A DNA stretch of 64,000 nt, taken from contig NC_058382.1 of assembly GCF_018350175.1 (NCBI RefSeq), forward strand, positions 55,056,001 to 55,120,000, in the 5' to 3' direction. The notes under the pieces are model-generated. The model ran no database searches. It was not told the origin of the DNA and was given only the letters and a program-made list of their open reading frames with translations. Of this stretch, positions 26,380 through 40,400 are shown one piece after another. Source of the DNA: Felis catus. Lineage: Eukaryota. Every line of letters begins with the position of its first letter. Position 1 is the stretch's first letter. Position numbers and translations under genes: made by a program.

Positions 26380-27200
26380 GGCTGGCGGGAGGGCGTGGGA
26401 GGGACGTGTTCTACTCGGAGCTTTCAGGAGGGCCGGCGGGATCAGTTGGATCTGTGAAGACAGTCTTGCTGTTTTACCTGAAATTAGACGCTGATCCGGT
26501 GACGTCTTCTTGAACGGGTTCCACCGAGCGGGGGCAGGAGGAGGGCGGAGGAGTTTGGAGATGTGACTCTTCCCTCGGATGTCTTCCCGGTCACCCTCGT
26601 CACCACATCGACTTGCTCCCCCCCTCCCCGACTGTTCAAAACCCAGCCCACGGGTTTAGAAGTCCACGAACAAAGCTGCGGGCGGGAGCGCCGCCCCCCT
26701 CCCCTCCCCCCCCCCCATTCCACCACCACCCAGACCCCTGCCCGTGACCCTGGGAGTGGAGGCAGCGCCCTTTCCCGGCGGACGTTTCCCCTCTCTGACA
26801 AGTCCCTGAGCCAGCGCCACCGAGGAGATGACCCCCCCCCCCCAGCTCTCAGCTGCACTGGGTCACCCGCCCCATGGGGGTGCCGTGTCGGGGAAGCCTA
26901 GCGGGCCCAGGCGTCGGCTGGAGCCGCGCTCCGGAGCAGGCGGGAGCCCTCGGCCTTGCTCGGCGCCCCGCAATTAGGCGGCCGCTGAGCGGAGATGCCG
27001 GGGGCCCAGGCCGGGCCGCGGACGGAGACGTCACCCCGGGCCTCGTCCTGACGTCGAGCGGACTTACCTCCCCTCCCCCTCCCCCTCCCCCTCCCCCCAC
27101 CCGCGCCCCTTTCGCACGGACCCCCCCCCCCCACGCGCCAGCCCCCTGTCGCCCCACCCGCTCGCCGGCCAGGGCACACACCTCCCCCTCGGGCCACGAC
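26380..27200. promoter_or_regulatory. Intragenic CpG-island-like element in intron 7 with GC boxes and CRE-like (GACGTC) motifs
   Basis: Visibly dense CpG, especially 26880-27170; GGGCGG motifs; TGACGTC/GACGTCA at ~26500, ~27027 and ~27049. Confidence 0.55.
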
Positions 27201-27510
27201 CCTGACACACGTACACCGCACATCTCCCACACACGTCCTCACATGCCCCACGTCTCATGCCGCGCGCACACACACACACACACCCCTCCTCCTCCTCCTC
27301 CCACACCCATCTCACACACACACACACACACACACACACCTCTTCCCACACCCCACGTCTCACTTACACCCGCCCCCACACCCCACGTCTCTCTCACACA
27401 CAGCTCCTCCCACACCTCCTATCACACACATACCTCCTCTCATATCCCACATTTCACACACACAAACACGCCTCCTCTTACACCCCGTGTGTCTCTCACA
27501 CATACACGCC
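27170..27510. repeat. CA-rich degenerate simple repeat with recurrent ccccacgtctc unit
   Basis: Read directly from the sequence. Confidence 0.85.
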
Positions 27511-28247
27511 ATTGCCTGTCCAGCCAGCCTTTCTCCGAGCTTGTCCCTCTACTTCCATCGGCCTTTTTGATTCCGTGTGCCATTTGAGAGCGGCTTTTTT
27601 CTAAAGATCATCAAATGCTCCCTAAGTATTTCCTGGAGCCCAGTGGGCAGCTGGGGTCAGCCTAGAGCAGCCCAGGACTGGGGACCCTCTCCCCCCCCCC
27701 CCCCCGGGGCCACGTCTGGTTCTTGGACCTCCTTCCTACCCTCTTGCTCAGGGGAAGGAACAGGTGTCTTTTCGTCGCTGATGTCTGGGGACACGCGGAG
27801 TTGCATCTCTCCAGTGCTTCCTTTACCTCCTGCGTGCCCCGCGGAGTCCCAGAGCCCTCCCCCGAAACCGATGGCCCTAGATTGGGTATCCCCTGACTTT
27901 GCTGCGTTGAGTGAGCTGAGATAACAGCTCACAGAAAGCAGGGGTCCCAGAAACAGCGAGAGGGGGCTGCTGGGGACGAGTCTCTGGCTCCCCCAAGGGT
28001 TGTGGGAGGCCCAGCCCAACACCCGCAGGCCCCCTCCCAGGGGTGCAGAAGGGAAGCCCCGGCTGGACTGTCTTCTGAGCACGTCTGTGCGGCACGCCGA
28101 CCCCTGCCCTAGCACGGGCTGGGCCGCTGCCGTGCCCATGAGTTCGCCACAAGTCCCAGAAGAGCCTTCAGTGTCAGGACATTGGCTCGCCTCCACGGGC
28201 GGCCATCAAAGGGGGTGCGCGAGAGGGTGACGAGGCCAGCCTCCTGA

Positions 28248-28619
<372 letters not shown>

Positions 28620-29816
28620 TGAGCATCCGTGTTCTCTGGCGGTCTCCGGCACTTACTAGCTCCGTGACATTGAGCCAGTTGCCGTACCGCTCTGGTCCCG
28701 TTCACGCCGCGACCCGTAGGAGTTGTTGCGTAATTAAAGATGATGTAATATGTGAGGAGGCCCCTAGCGCAGTACCTGGCGCTGGGTAGGAAGTCAGGAA
28801 ACGGCAGTCGTCCTAAATAATAGGATTATTTCCGTGGGTCCACCTCGGGTCTAGAAGTACTGAGTGTGTAAGGAGACAATACCCCTGAGGCCCTGCAGAG
28901 CCATCACTGGGGACTTGCACAGCCACCTCCCCAACTCGGGCAAGAGGAAGCCGGAGATGCTGGTTCTTACCCCCTTCCAGTGTTTCGGAGGAGTGGGGTT
29001 GCTTTTTCTTTGGCTTCTAAATTTTCTCTCTGTGCCTTGGTTTCCTCCTCTGCAAACTGAGAACGGGAGTGGGCGCTTCGCCCAGTTCACGTGCAGACCC
29101 CGTGAGCTAATCCACGTAAACGCCAAGAACTGTGCGGATGTGACGAAAATGTTCGCGGTAGTTGTCCTCACTCCTCTCGTCATTTAAGAAAATCAAAGCG
29201 GCCTGTTTAAGCCGGTTTTGAAACTGCGTTTCCTAAATAGACTCACCTAGAATTCACGAAGAATTTCTAAACCCAAATGAAGTGTCCTTCTGGAGGAGCC
29301 CTGGTGGCTTCAGGGTCCCTTTATCGGGACCCAGTTATGGTTTGTGAAATTTTTTCAGGTTAGGCCTCTCTTACCTCCGGGGGCCACAGTGATTTTCCAG
29401 GAATGTTATGGGTGTTGTTCCCAGGTACCGAACAGCCCTGGGAGACGGGTATTAGCCTCATTTTACAGGTAAGAAAACTGAGGCACAGGGATGGCCATGA
29501 TAAATACCTATAGCTAGCATCCAGGGAGGACTTAGCAAATGTGTCCCAGATGCCATGCTGGGCCAGGGTGACTGTAATAATTTTTCTTTCAAAGCAGGCC
29601 ACTTTGGGGAGTGAAATGCAGTATCACGAATGATTATTCCAGAACCCCCAGGCACAGACATGATTGTTTCGGGACGTAGGACTGCCATATGCTGAGTCTT
29701 CCCGTGGGTTAGAAAAACTGGGTCCTTGTAACCCACTGAAGAGGAGGCCACGTCCCCGTTTTATAGCTGAGCACGTGGAGAGTGGAAAGCGCGAGTGATT
29801 TGCCAAGGCTGCTTAG

Positions 29817-30323
<507 letters not shown>

Positions 30324-31228
30324 TGAATCAACATTGGCAACTGCAAGGCTGTTGTGTTGACTTGGCCTTAGGAACAAGTGTTTTATTCTGAAGGTTTCTC
30401 ACCGCCTGGCACATCTGGCACGCTGAGGCTCTCACTGTGTGAGAGAGAGAGTGTGTGCACACAAGTGCGGTGTGCGTGAGGGGCCGTGTCGGGTGTGTGC
30501 GCACGCGCACGTGAGTGTGTGCATGTGTGTGCCCAAGGGCTGGCAGTAGTTTTCTCCCTTTCACTTTGTAAACATGGGATTTCATTTTGCCCAGGGTCTG
30601 CGTGTGTTTCCCGAGCATCTGTGTGTGTGAGACAGTGTCAGATGCTGCTGGAGGGATAACGTGCAGTGGTCAGGATCGAGCCAGATGGAGTCAGGCTGCG
30701 AGAACACGAAAACAGAGCCCATGTGGTAGAGAAGGACTGGAAAAAGGCATGACAGGGCCCTGCCTCGGGTCCTCCAGGGCTTGGGTGGAGCAGCTTAGGA
30801 GGGAGGCAGCCCTAGGAGCTCAGGGAGGGGACCCGAGGACAGCGGTGGAGTCTGATGACCATTGCAGACACCCGTGCATTCCCCACTGGGACTTCCCAGG
30901 AGACTGCGTGGAACACGTCTCACAGTCATTCCCCTGAGAGACGATGGTGCTGTGGTGGTTACTTACCGCTTCCACTCTTTCCTGGTTGAGGCTCGCTCTT
31001 GGGATGCACAGTGACGCAGATGCCATGAGTTTGTATAGAGCTTTATACAGTGACCTCTCCAGTCGTTGGAGAGGATATGATGTGCGGGACCAGGTGGCAT
31101 CTGTTGTAGCTCCCCTGTCCAGTTGTTCAGGTGGTACACTGCCCGATTCCAAGGACACCAAACTAGGCCTAGCTAGAGCTGGGGACATAGCAGGAATAAA
31201 CTTCAGCCCCTAAAGAGAAGATAGTGGA

Positions 31229-31348
31229 GGGACACCTGGGTGGCTCAGTCGGTTAAGTGTCTGACTCGAGTGCGGCTCAGGTCATGACCTCGGAGTCGTG
31301 GAATCGAGCCCTGCATCGGCTCCACAGTAAGTGTGGAGCCTGCTTTGG

Positions 31349-31392
<44 letters not shown>

Positions 31393-31422
31393 AAAGTATA
31401 CAAATAAACATTTTAAAAAGTT
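31229..31422 (+). mobile_element. Can-SINE with expanded (CT)n and TSD taaagagaaga
   Basis: TSD at 31211-31221 and 31423-31433. Confidence 0.9.
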
Positions 31423-32379
31423 TAAAGAGAAGAAGGTGGGGCATTCTGAGACACTGAAACTCTGGACAAGTGAGGCTTGTAAAACAACCAATGTACTTTG
31501 GGCTCCTGGGGAAGGGGCCACAAACCCTTAATAAGGGTATATTTTCTTATGACAGGGCCTAAGAAGGGAGGATTTCTGTTTTTCATGTCCTTAGCCCTAG
31601 GTCCTGATATTCAAAGGGGACCTGTCCAATCTTGACTCATTTCCCTGTTCAGGAGGTGATAGTGTCCCTGGGGCCAGAACAGGAAGATGTCATGCCGGTC
31701 AGTCCCAAGTGCTTGTTCTGTGCCTACAGCATGTTCTGTTAGAAGCAAAAGACACACACACACACGGGAGATCAAAGGGTAGTGCATGGCTTGGACAACG
31801 GACAACTATCCTAAGCATCCTTGTGCACATGGACGGTCTCCCACCCTTGACCTCCACACTGTAGTTCTGGAGCCGATCTGAGTGCATTGCCAACTCGGGC
31901 CACCCTAGGAAGCAGGAAGAGAGTACTAGGAGGGTCACACACTCCCAGGCTCCTTTTCCTCCAAAGGCCTGTGACTCATCTCGGCCTCCCTGAGCCCACG
32001 CGGCCGATGCCTGGCCTGGAATTGGGAGGAGGCAGGAGCAGGAGCAGGAAACAGCACCTCCCAGAATTTTCCCTCTGTGTCCTCGAAGCGCTGCTCGGGT
32101 GCCTCAGCCTTCGTCTCTCTTGCCCACTCAGCCCTCGTTTAGTGACCGCTCATCACGCGCCAGGTGCCGCAGGCACCTAGGTGAACCAGCTAGACGGAGC
32201 CCTTGCCCTTTCAGAGCAGACAGTGTAGCAGGAGACGGAGGGGGAGGGAGGGAAGGAGGGAGGGAGCAGTCACGGCACGCCTTGGTCAGGGCTGCGATGA
32301 TGGAAGCCAGAGGCATCATTAACATGGTCTGTGACGGGGAATCTGAACCCTGGCTGCTATCAGTCAGCTGGGGAAGGTT

Positions 32380-32840
32380 TACACAATCAGAACGTAAACG
32401 TAGCACGCATATACCCTGTGACCCAAGTCCGTATAGCTTTTGGCATATCCACCAGAAGACAACGTACGAGAATGTTCCGGCGGCATTATGTGTAACTGCT
32501 CCTCACTCGGATCTGCCTCACCCTCCTCTCCAGTGTCCTTCAGCAGTAGGATGGTTGGACACTTGGGGTGTGTTCACACAGAGGAACGCTAGAGAGTGGC
32601 AAGAATGGATGAACCAGAACGAGCAAACTGTGAATGAATCGCACAAATGCAGAACTGACCAAAAGAGGCCAGATCCAAAAGATACATACGGTGCGATTCT
32701 TTTTCCTGGAACTTCAAGAATAGGCAAAAGGAATCTGTGGTGATAGAGGCCAGGAGAATGGCCACCTTTGGGGTGGGGAGTTAGAGGAAGGGCATGAGAG
32801 AAACCTCTGGGTTCCTGGAAGTGTTTCACATCTTGCTCTA
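32380..32840 (+). mobile_element. Old L1M 3' fragment
   Basis: Degenerate L1 3' motifs (cagtgtccttcagcagtaggatgg, aaaagatacatacggtgcgattc, aggcaaaaggaatctgtggtgatagagg). Confidence 0.6.
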
Positions 32841-32842
32841 GG

Positions 32843-33085
32843 TCAGTGGTTTGAGAACCAGTTGAGACCGGGAGCCGTCTTGACGCCCCAGGGGTATCTG
32901 GCAGTGTCTGGAGACATTTGGGGCTCCCATGACTTGGGCCGGAGTTGGGGTGCTGGGTGTATCCAGCGGGTAGAAGTCAGGAATGCTGCTCAGCATACTC
33001 CCACGTGCAGGATGCCCCTCCTCCCCCCGCCCCGGGAAACAATCTGGCCCCGAGTGTCAGTGGTACCAAGGGGGAGGAGTCGCGA
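32843..33085 (+). mobile_element. MER20
   Basis: cagtggtt...ggcagtgtctggagacatttgg...gaatgctgctcagcat. Confidence 0.7.
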
Positions 33086-36000
33086 TCTGGTGGCCGGTGG
33101 GAACGTGTGGAAGTTCACGAAGCCCTGCACCTGAGGTTTACGTACTCGACCGCACCGTATTTCAGTTACGCCCAGGGTGTGCCGGAGCCCTGCTGCGTTT
33201 GGAAGCACGTCGCGTCCCAGCCCCGTACTCAGTGGTGGCACCTTGGTGGTTTGGAGTCAGTCCTGACGGGAGCATTCACACTGGCAGATGCCACAGTCAG
33301 GACTCCCTTTTCCTGGCAAGTTGTTGTTGCACGTTTACAAGCACAGGGGTCATAAAAAAGAAAAGAAAGGGGGGTGGTGCCTGGGTCCCATCCGCTGTAA
33401 TTTTGATTGAATTGGGATGGCCCTGGCGTTGTTTATTGCTTGTTGTTTTTCTAATTTTAAACTTCGCAGGCAAGTTCGAGTGTGTGGCCAGAGCAGAGAA
33501 CGCCTGCTCTAGGGGCAGGTGAGGGAGGGATCCCTCGGAGAGGTGATCTTTAAGTTGAGAGCTCCTGGCTGCCAGCAAGGCAGGAGGCAGGACGAGCTGA
33601 TCCAGGCAGAGAAAACAGCGCCTGGTGGTGCAGGTAGGGTTGGCATTAGTCACCTTTTCCATCTGTGGTCCTTAAACACCTGCCTCAGAATCCCCAGGCT
33701 GCTTCCTGAAAATGCAGACTCCTGGACACAGCATTTTCACGTTGGGCCCAGGAATTTGCATTCTTGGCAGAGTCCGTAGGTGATTCGCTCCTTGATGAAG
33801 GCCACTGCAGGGGAGGAAGGGAGGGCAACGGTGTGACGAGGAGAGGGGAAAAGAGAAGCAAAGGGGAAATTGGAGAGAACGGCCAGGCCAGGCCGAGCTG
33901 CTCCTGGGGGTCGTGATAAGACGCAGATTCAGATTCAGCAGGTCCCAGGCGGGGCCTGAGACCGCTTGCCTAACAGCCTCGTCGTAAGGCTGAGGCTGCT
34001 ACTCGGGGACCACGCTTGGTTGGAGTGGCAGAGCTGGCCCTGTGTTTGGGTTGTGGAGTGTTCTTTCCCAGAGCCCTGGGGTCTCCAGTAGGATTTAAGT
34101 AGAGAAGGGACTTGACGAGATGTCGGTTTCCCAGGTCCCCTCTGGCTGCTGCACAGAGGATGGACCGGAGGGGGCAAGCTTGACCGTGGGCGGATCACAA
34201 CCAGGGGCCCAGGGCCGAGGCCTGGGGAGGGCGAGGTGGGTCCCAGCCCCCAGCTCAAAGCGGCCCAGCCCCCTTGGAGCCTGGAGTAGTTTCCTGTTAG
34301 TCCCTCCAGGAAGTCACCACAAGGCCTGCGGTGCTGCGAGGTCTTTCCCGGGCTCAGGTCCATCCCACCCTTGGCGGTCAGTCCCTGGAAGATAAAGCCC
34401 TGTGGGTCTGTCCACAGCGCTCTCGGTGGGTACATGATGTACTCACTGAAGAACAGACAACTTGACCCAGGTTAGCATAGCTTGCTGGAAAATCACCCGC
34501 TCTGAGCCAAACAGCCTTGAAAATCCACTCCTAAATCCCAGCAAAGGCAAACACAGGGAAATGGAGTGTTGAGTATTTGGGTAGCAAATTAGCTCCGAGC
34601 CCATGGAGACAGTTACACTGCCCGCCCCCCCGCCCCCCCACCCCCACCCCAGACCACACACAATTTTCCATCAACTGTTGAATTCTCGGACTTTAGCTAA
34701 TGGGTTTTGTTCTTCCCTAGCAAAGTTTAAAGTGTATTTATCAAACATCCTTGGTGGGCTCGGCTCAGGCCTGGTTGTGGCCCATGCTGGGTAAATTTAG
34801 GCCCTCCGGGTGCATTGGGTCTGAGGTCTATGCTCAGCCCAGGGCTTATGCACAAGGAACGTGTGCTTTCTTTGCAAGCACGGGACACGTGTGTGTGGCA
34901 CATTTAGGGAGGGCCTGGACGAGTGACCGTTTGCAATTATGCCGTCATTCTCTGAGTGCCTCGGAGCAGTGGACTTAACCTTGACCGCACACATGGGGAA
35001 CCCGGAAAGTTACTGGTGTCTGGACCCCACCCCAGAGGTTCTGATCGAATTGGGCTTCAGGATGTTCAGAAGTGCCCCCAGGGGATGTTGTATCCAGCCA
35101 GGGGTGGAAAGCTCGGGCTCTGGGGGCAGAAGGGTGACGATGGCACCGGGGAGAAATCAGGGAAGACTTTTTGGAGGAGGAGAATCTGCACAGGATCACA
35201 TGGGATCTTAGAAGCCATGTGGTGGTGAGGAGCCAGGGATTTATAGTCAGAGACCTGGCTTCAATTTCCAGCCCCCTCCACTTACAAGCCATGGGGTCAG
35301 GGGTAGATCATGTGACCTCTAGAAGTGTCTTTCGTCACCTGGAACTAGGAGATGGTAATGCCGGCCATTCAGACGTATCTGAGAAGGTGGTCTGTGATAG
35401 CACTTAGCGCAGTGGCACCCACAAAGGAAGCCCATTGCTGGAATTGCCTTCACTCTAATGAGCCTCCCAGTAATGTTTGGAAGCACCCAGTGTGGAGGTG
35501 CTTTAACCAGCCTCAAGGTTCTGACAAGTCCTGCTGCATAGAGGCCTAGTTTCATTGTGTTTGGCCCAGCGTTTCCCACACAAATATGACATCAGTGAGG
35601 CCATCGAGGCCTTTTCTCAGTGAACCCCTGTTAACAAGCATCATCCCTCCAGGCCGGTGGAGATGCTTTAGCTGCGGGTTCAGCCAAGGGCAGGGCTGAT
35701 GCCGTGGGCTGGAGGCACCCGCAGACTGCCCGCGACTAGAATTCTGGGGTTTGGGATCCACCTGGGAAGTGGGCTCCCGGGGGAGCTGGATGCTGAGCCT
35801 CGTCACCTGACCAGGGACGGGCAATAGAAGTGGGGTCTGGGCCTGCCCCCAGGAGAGAGGGGGGCAGCTGGCCCCCAGGATGCAGCTAGAAGCACAGGCA
35901 CTTAGTGGATCTCACGGGTGGCCAGGGGAGGCCTGCGGTGGAGGTGAACGCCAAGGCCTTGTGGTATCACGTAGACTCTGACGTTTACTCATTCATCCAT

Positions 36001-36166
36001 CACGTGTGTGTTGAATGCCCCCCTCGAGCTGGGACTGCCGCAGGAGCCTTCGAGACAGACGCTTAAGCGTGGATGCCGTCTCCACCCCTCCCTGCCTGAG
36101 ACCTTGAGCAAACCACAGGCGGAGCCTCAGTTTCCTCACTCGCGGGCTGGGACATGACAGCACTAG

Positions 36167-36622
<456 letters not shown>

Positions 36623-36713
36623 TGAGTGTCCCCGCCGCGTGCCTGTCACCGCCAGGGTGGGAGAGGGGAACTTGGCTGCGCGGCCGGGTGCAGCCGCGCC
36701 TGCTGGTCCGAGG

Positions 36714-36843
36714 NNNNNNNNNNNNNNNNNNNNNNNNNNNNNNNNNNNNNNNNNNNNNNNNNNNNNNNNNNNNNNNNNNNNNNNNNNNNNNNNNNNNNNN
36801 NNNNNNNNNNNNNNNNNNNNNNNNNNNNNNNNNNNNNNNNNNN
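36714..36843. other. Assembly gap (130 N)
   Basis: Run of N. Confidence 0.99.
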
Positions 36844-36869
36844 TGACTGGGCGCCCCGGGTGCAGATTT

Positions 36870-37102
36870 CGGGTATGTATGCGTCTTGAACACATGCTCT
36901 GTGCGTGAGAGTGTGTGCGTATGCAGGGGGCGTACGTAGGGTGTGTGGGCTTATGTATGCTTGAGTGTCTGGGCACGTGTGTAGGCTGTGTGCGTGAGCT
37001 TGAGAACGTGTGTGTAAGCCTCTGCGTAGAGCTGCCAGGATGTCCACGAGCACATGGGTGCCCAAATGTGTCTATGAGCGTGTGAGTGGGAGGGGGTCGC
37101 CT

Positions 37103-37139
<37 letters not shown>

Positions 37140-37430
37140 TGTATGTCTGCATATAGAAGTGGATGTGGGATGTACATGGATCATTCTATAGGGGCCGATA
37201 TGTGTGTTGAGCGTGCCTGTGTGTGTAAATGCACAGCGCCTGAGTGCCTGTGTGTAACTGCACAGGGATGAGGGGCTGTGAGTGCACACATGTGGGTATG
37301 ACCATTTGTGCACAAAGGCTGGAGTGTGTGTGTGTGTGTGTGTGTGTGCAGACACGCCCGTGAGCTAGCCTGTGACTGTGTTTCTGTATCGTGTGATCTG
37401 TGCATGCTCTGTGTGCCTGCGTGTATTTCT
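36870..37430. repeat. TG-rich simple repeat region including two pure (TG)n tracts
   Basis: Read directly from the sequence. Confidence 0.9.
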
Positions 37431-40400
37431 CGGCAAGTCCCGGCCCCTCACCCAGCCTGGCCCGGTGGGCGGTGATGGAGTGTGGCCTGCCGATCAGCTC
37501 CGTGCAGGCCTGGCTAGTGGGAAGCAGACAGGAGACCCAGTTCTGCTGCGGTCAGTGCTGCTTCTGAGCCGGGTGCTTCGGGCCCAGTCCTCCCGCTCCC
37601 TGAGCCTCGGTTGTGCAACTCTACAGTGAGGGGGTCTTAATATTTGACCCTTGAGGGTCTTTCCACTTCTGCCATTCACACGTGAACCACCCAGACCCAC
37701 CTCAGTGTCGTGCACCTGCTTCCTGCATCCGCAGGTGAAGGAAGGGGCCCCCCTTGGTCCGGAGACCCCAGCAGATGCCTCCCTGTGTGGCTCCCATAAA
37801 GCCTGTTCTTCAGACAGAGCTTGGCCCCGCTCTCAGGACCGGGTCCCAGACCCGGCATTTCCAGGCACGACCACTGGAGGGTGGGAGGCTTTTCAGAGGG
37901 ACCATGGTATGGGTACGACTGTGTGGTTACCCCCGACCAGTGCGTGGTGCCTAATGACCGGGCACCGGGGCCCCTCAATCCCAGGGGACGCCTGGCTCCT
38001 GGGCCTGGTCGGTGCTGCTGGGGTTTCACCGCGTCCCTGTGCCTACACGACTCCGCACGGCATGCTGTGTCTCACTTACGGACGTATTGCTGCCCTGAGC
38101 GCGCTCCTGGGCTGGACAGTGCAGGACAGCCTCTCGGTCGCCTGGAGAGCCGGAGAATTGGACTGGGAGGTGCCTGGGGGTGTCCCCCGTGCTGCACAAC
38201 CAAGGCCTGTGGTATCTGTGTGCACACATACCTATGCATGCACGTGCACACACACACATACACACGCGTACGTTATACAGTGGCTTTTGTGGCTTGAGAG
38301 AAGAAGAGAGAATTCGGGTGCGGCAGAGGCCAGGTGAAGGCACTTCCTCTGTCCTTCCTTTGGCCCCTGAGAGGGGAGGGCGAGGCCTCCCCGGGTCCCC
38401 AGGGTCAGCGCCAGCCTCAGCATCTAGCAGCAGAGGCCAGCTGAGGGCACAGCCACTTTTAGCGACCTCCTCACACTCCCACACCAACCGAAGGAAACTC
38501 CAGGTTCTGCTCGGAGGGCATTGCTAAGAACACAGGTCCGTCTCTCTAAGGCAGGGGCAGTCCCCACTTGCTTCCAAGAGCAGAAGTCAGCCCTCCGGGG
38601 GATAGGTCAGCCGTGGCCCACGTCTCCTCCTCGCCCTGGTGGAGGCAGGGTCCCCCGGGCCAGAGACGCCCCGCGCTCTCCTCGGCCCCTTACTTTCTCT
38701 GGCTGTTTTCCACAAGCACCTGGAACCCCAGGCCTTCTGGCCCCGTCCCTGACTCCGATTTCTCATTAAGCATCAAGGGTTTGTGTTTCATCATGCAGCT
38801 GACACACGGTTTTTTTCCTTCTTCACAAACATGCTCACGAATGCGGACTCTGTTCTCCCTGGTCTGCTTCTAGGCCTCCTGTCCTCCGTGGTTGTGTAGC
38901 CACCAGGGCATGGGGGAGGGGGAAGGGGGTGTCAGGTGTCGGGCGCTGCCCACCAGGAGGCGGTCCTGACCACTGCCCGGAATAGCACCTCACCCCTGCC
39001 TGAGGGTCTCCACGAAGCTGGTTTATGTTTCCAGAAGCCTTTTCACCTTGGGGGGGGGGGGGGGGGGCAGTGCCTCAGAACACAATTTGCACCTGCTAAA
39101 CTCTTCCTGGCCCTTTCCCTTCTCTGACCCTACTGCCTGCTTGCATCTCTGGCCCACCCAAGGCCCTCAGACACACCGGACCCACAAACCCCTGCAGCTC
39201 CACGGGGTGACACGTTGGAAATGACGCAGATTCAGAGCCAGACTGCTGAGTCCAGGGCTGTGGATGCCAGGAGGGCTTGTGGCCTTGGACGAGTTACATG
39301 TCCTCTCTGAGCTACACCTGCCTCCGGGACGTTCTCTGGGCACCTTACAGGCACAGACGCTAGGCCAGTGGGAGTTACCGCACTTTCTGGGTATAACGGG
39401 GTTTCCTCTGTTTTATGACACCGTTGGGAGTGAGGTGCGTTCCCGATTATATAGCGCTTTGAGGGGGAAGAAAGCCCCAGTGAGGCATTCAGCACACAGA
39501 TCACAAGAAGCATGTGTGGTCCGAGAACTGAGGCCCGTGGCCTTCTGACTTAGTCTGCCGTGCGCTGCAGGCCGCATTCTTGGCTCCTCTGGGCCTCGGT
39601 TTTCTTGTCCGTACGGTGCGTGTCGTGACGTAGGGCCTTTCTCCTGCCGGCCCGGCTCTGGTTCTTGGTGAAAGTGCACTGCTGTTCCCAACTAGCACAC
39701 TCCTCAGTCAGAGATACGTGAGGGAGGGGAAGTGTAGACGATCTAATGTGGAGCGGGGCTTCTGAGCAGGGCATTGTCGGGGCCACGGGAGCCGTACTTG
39801 GAGCCGGGGCCCGGCCTGGCCCATCCACCGGAGCAGGCACTGCTCTTCCCGGAGCGTGACGGCAGCCCAGCCCAGCCCACAGCCCCGGATTACTTGTGTT
39901 CCCAGAGGAAGGCGTGTGCATTGTTGGAATCTGACACCTTTGAAAAGTAACATAAACCATGAGAAGTTCCCTGGAGACCCTTAAAAAGGAAAACTATTCC
40001 CAGCGCAGGCCAGCCTTACCCTTTTGAGGCCCGGGCCGGGTGGCACGACGGAAAAGAATGTGGACTCGGGAGGGAAATCCGAGCAGGTTCGGGTCTATGG
40101 TAGTTTGGAGTCCACCTCTTAACCTGCTGGACAGCTGTGTCCAACTCACGCATCTATTCGGGCATCCCGTTACCAAGTGCCCCCGCACGCGTCCACCGGG
40201 CCAGGCTCTACGCTAAACGCCAGGGCTCCCAATTCGTCTCCTGCCCTCAGTCCCTCTGGATCTGAGTGGCGCCAACTACTGGCAGTGGTGACGTTGCCCG
40301 CCTTGGCGGGGGGGGGGGGAGGCGTGGAGAACTGCTGCACACGGTGGGGGGCCACAGGCAAGGGGCCGCTCTTCGGTCCGGGAAGAGAAGAGAGCAGACG

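Noticed and set aside
26874-27587. 237-aa Pro/His/Thr-rich ORF
   Set aside because: It is a translation of the CpG-rich element and CA repeat; low complexity, with no recognisable domain.
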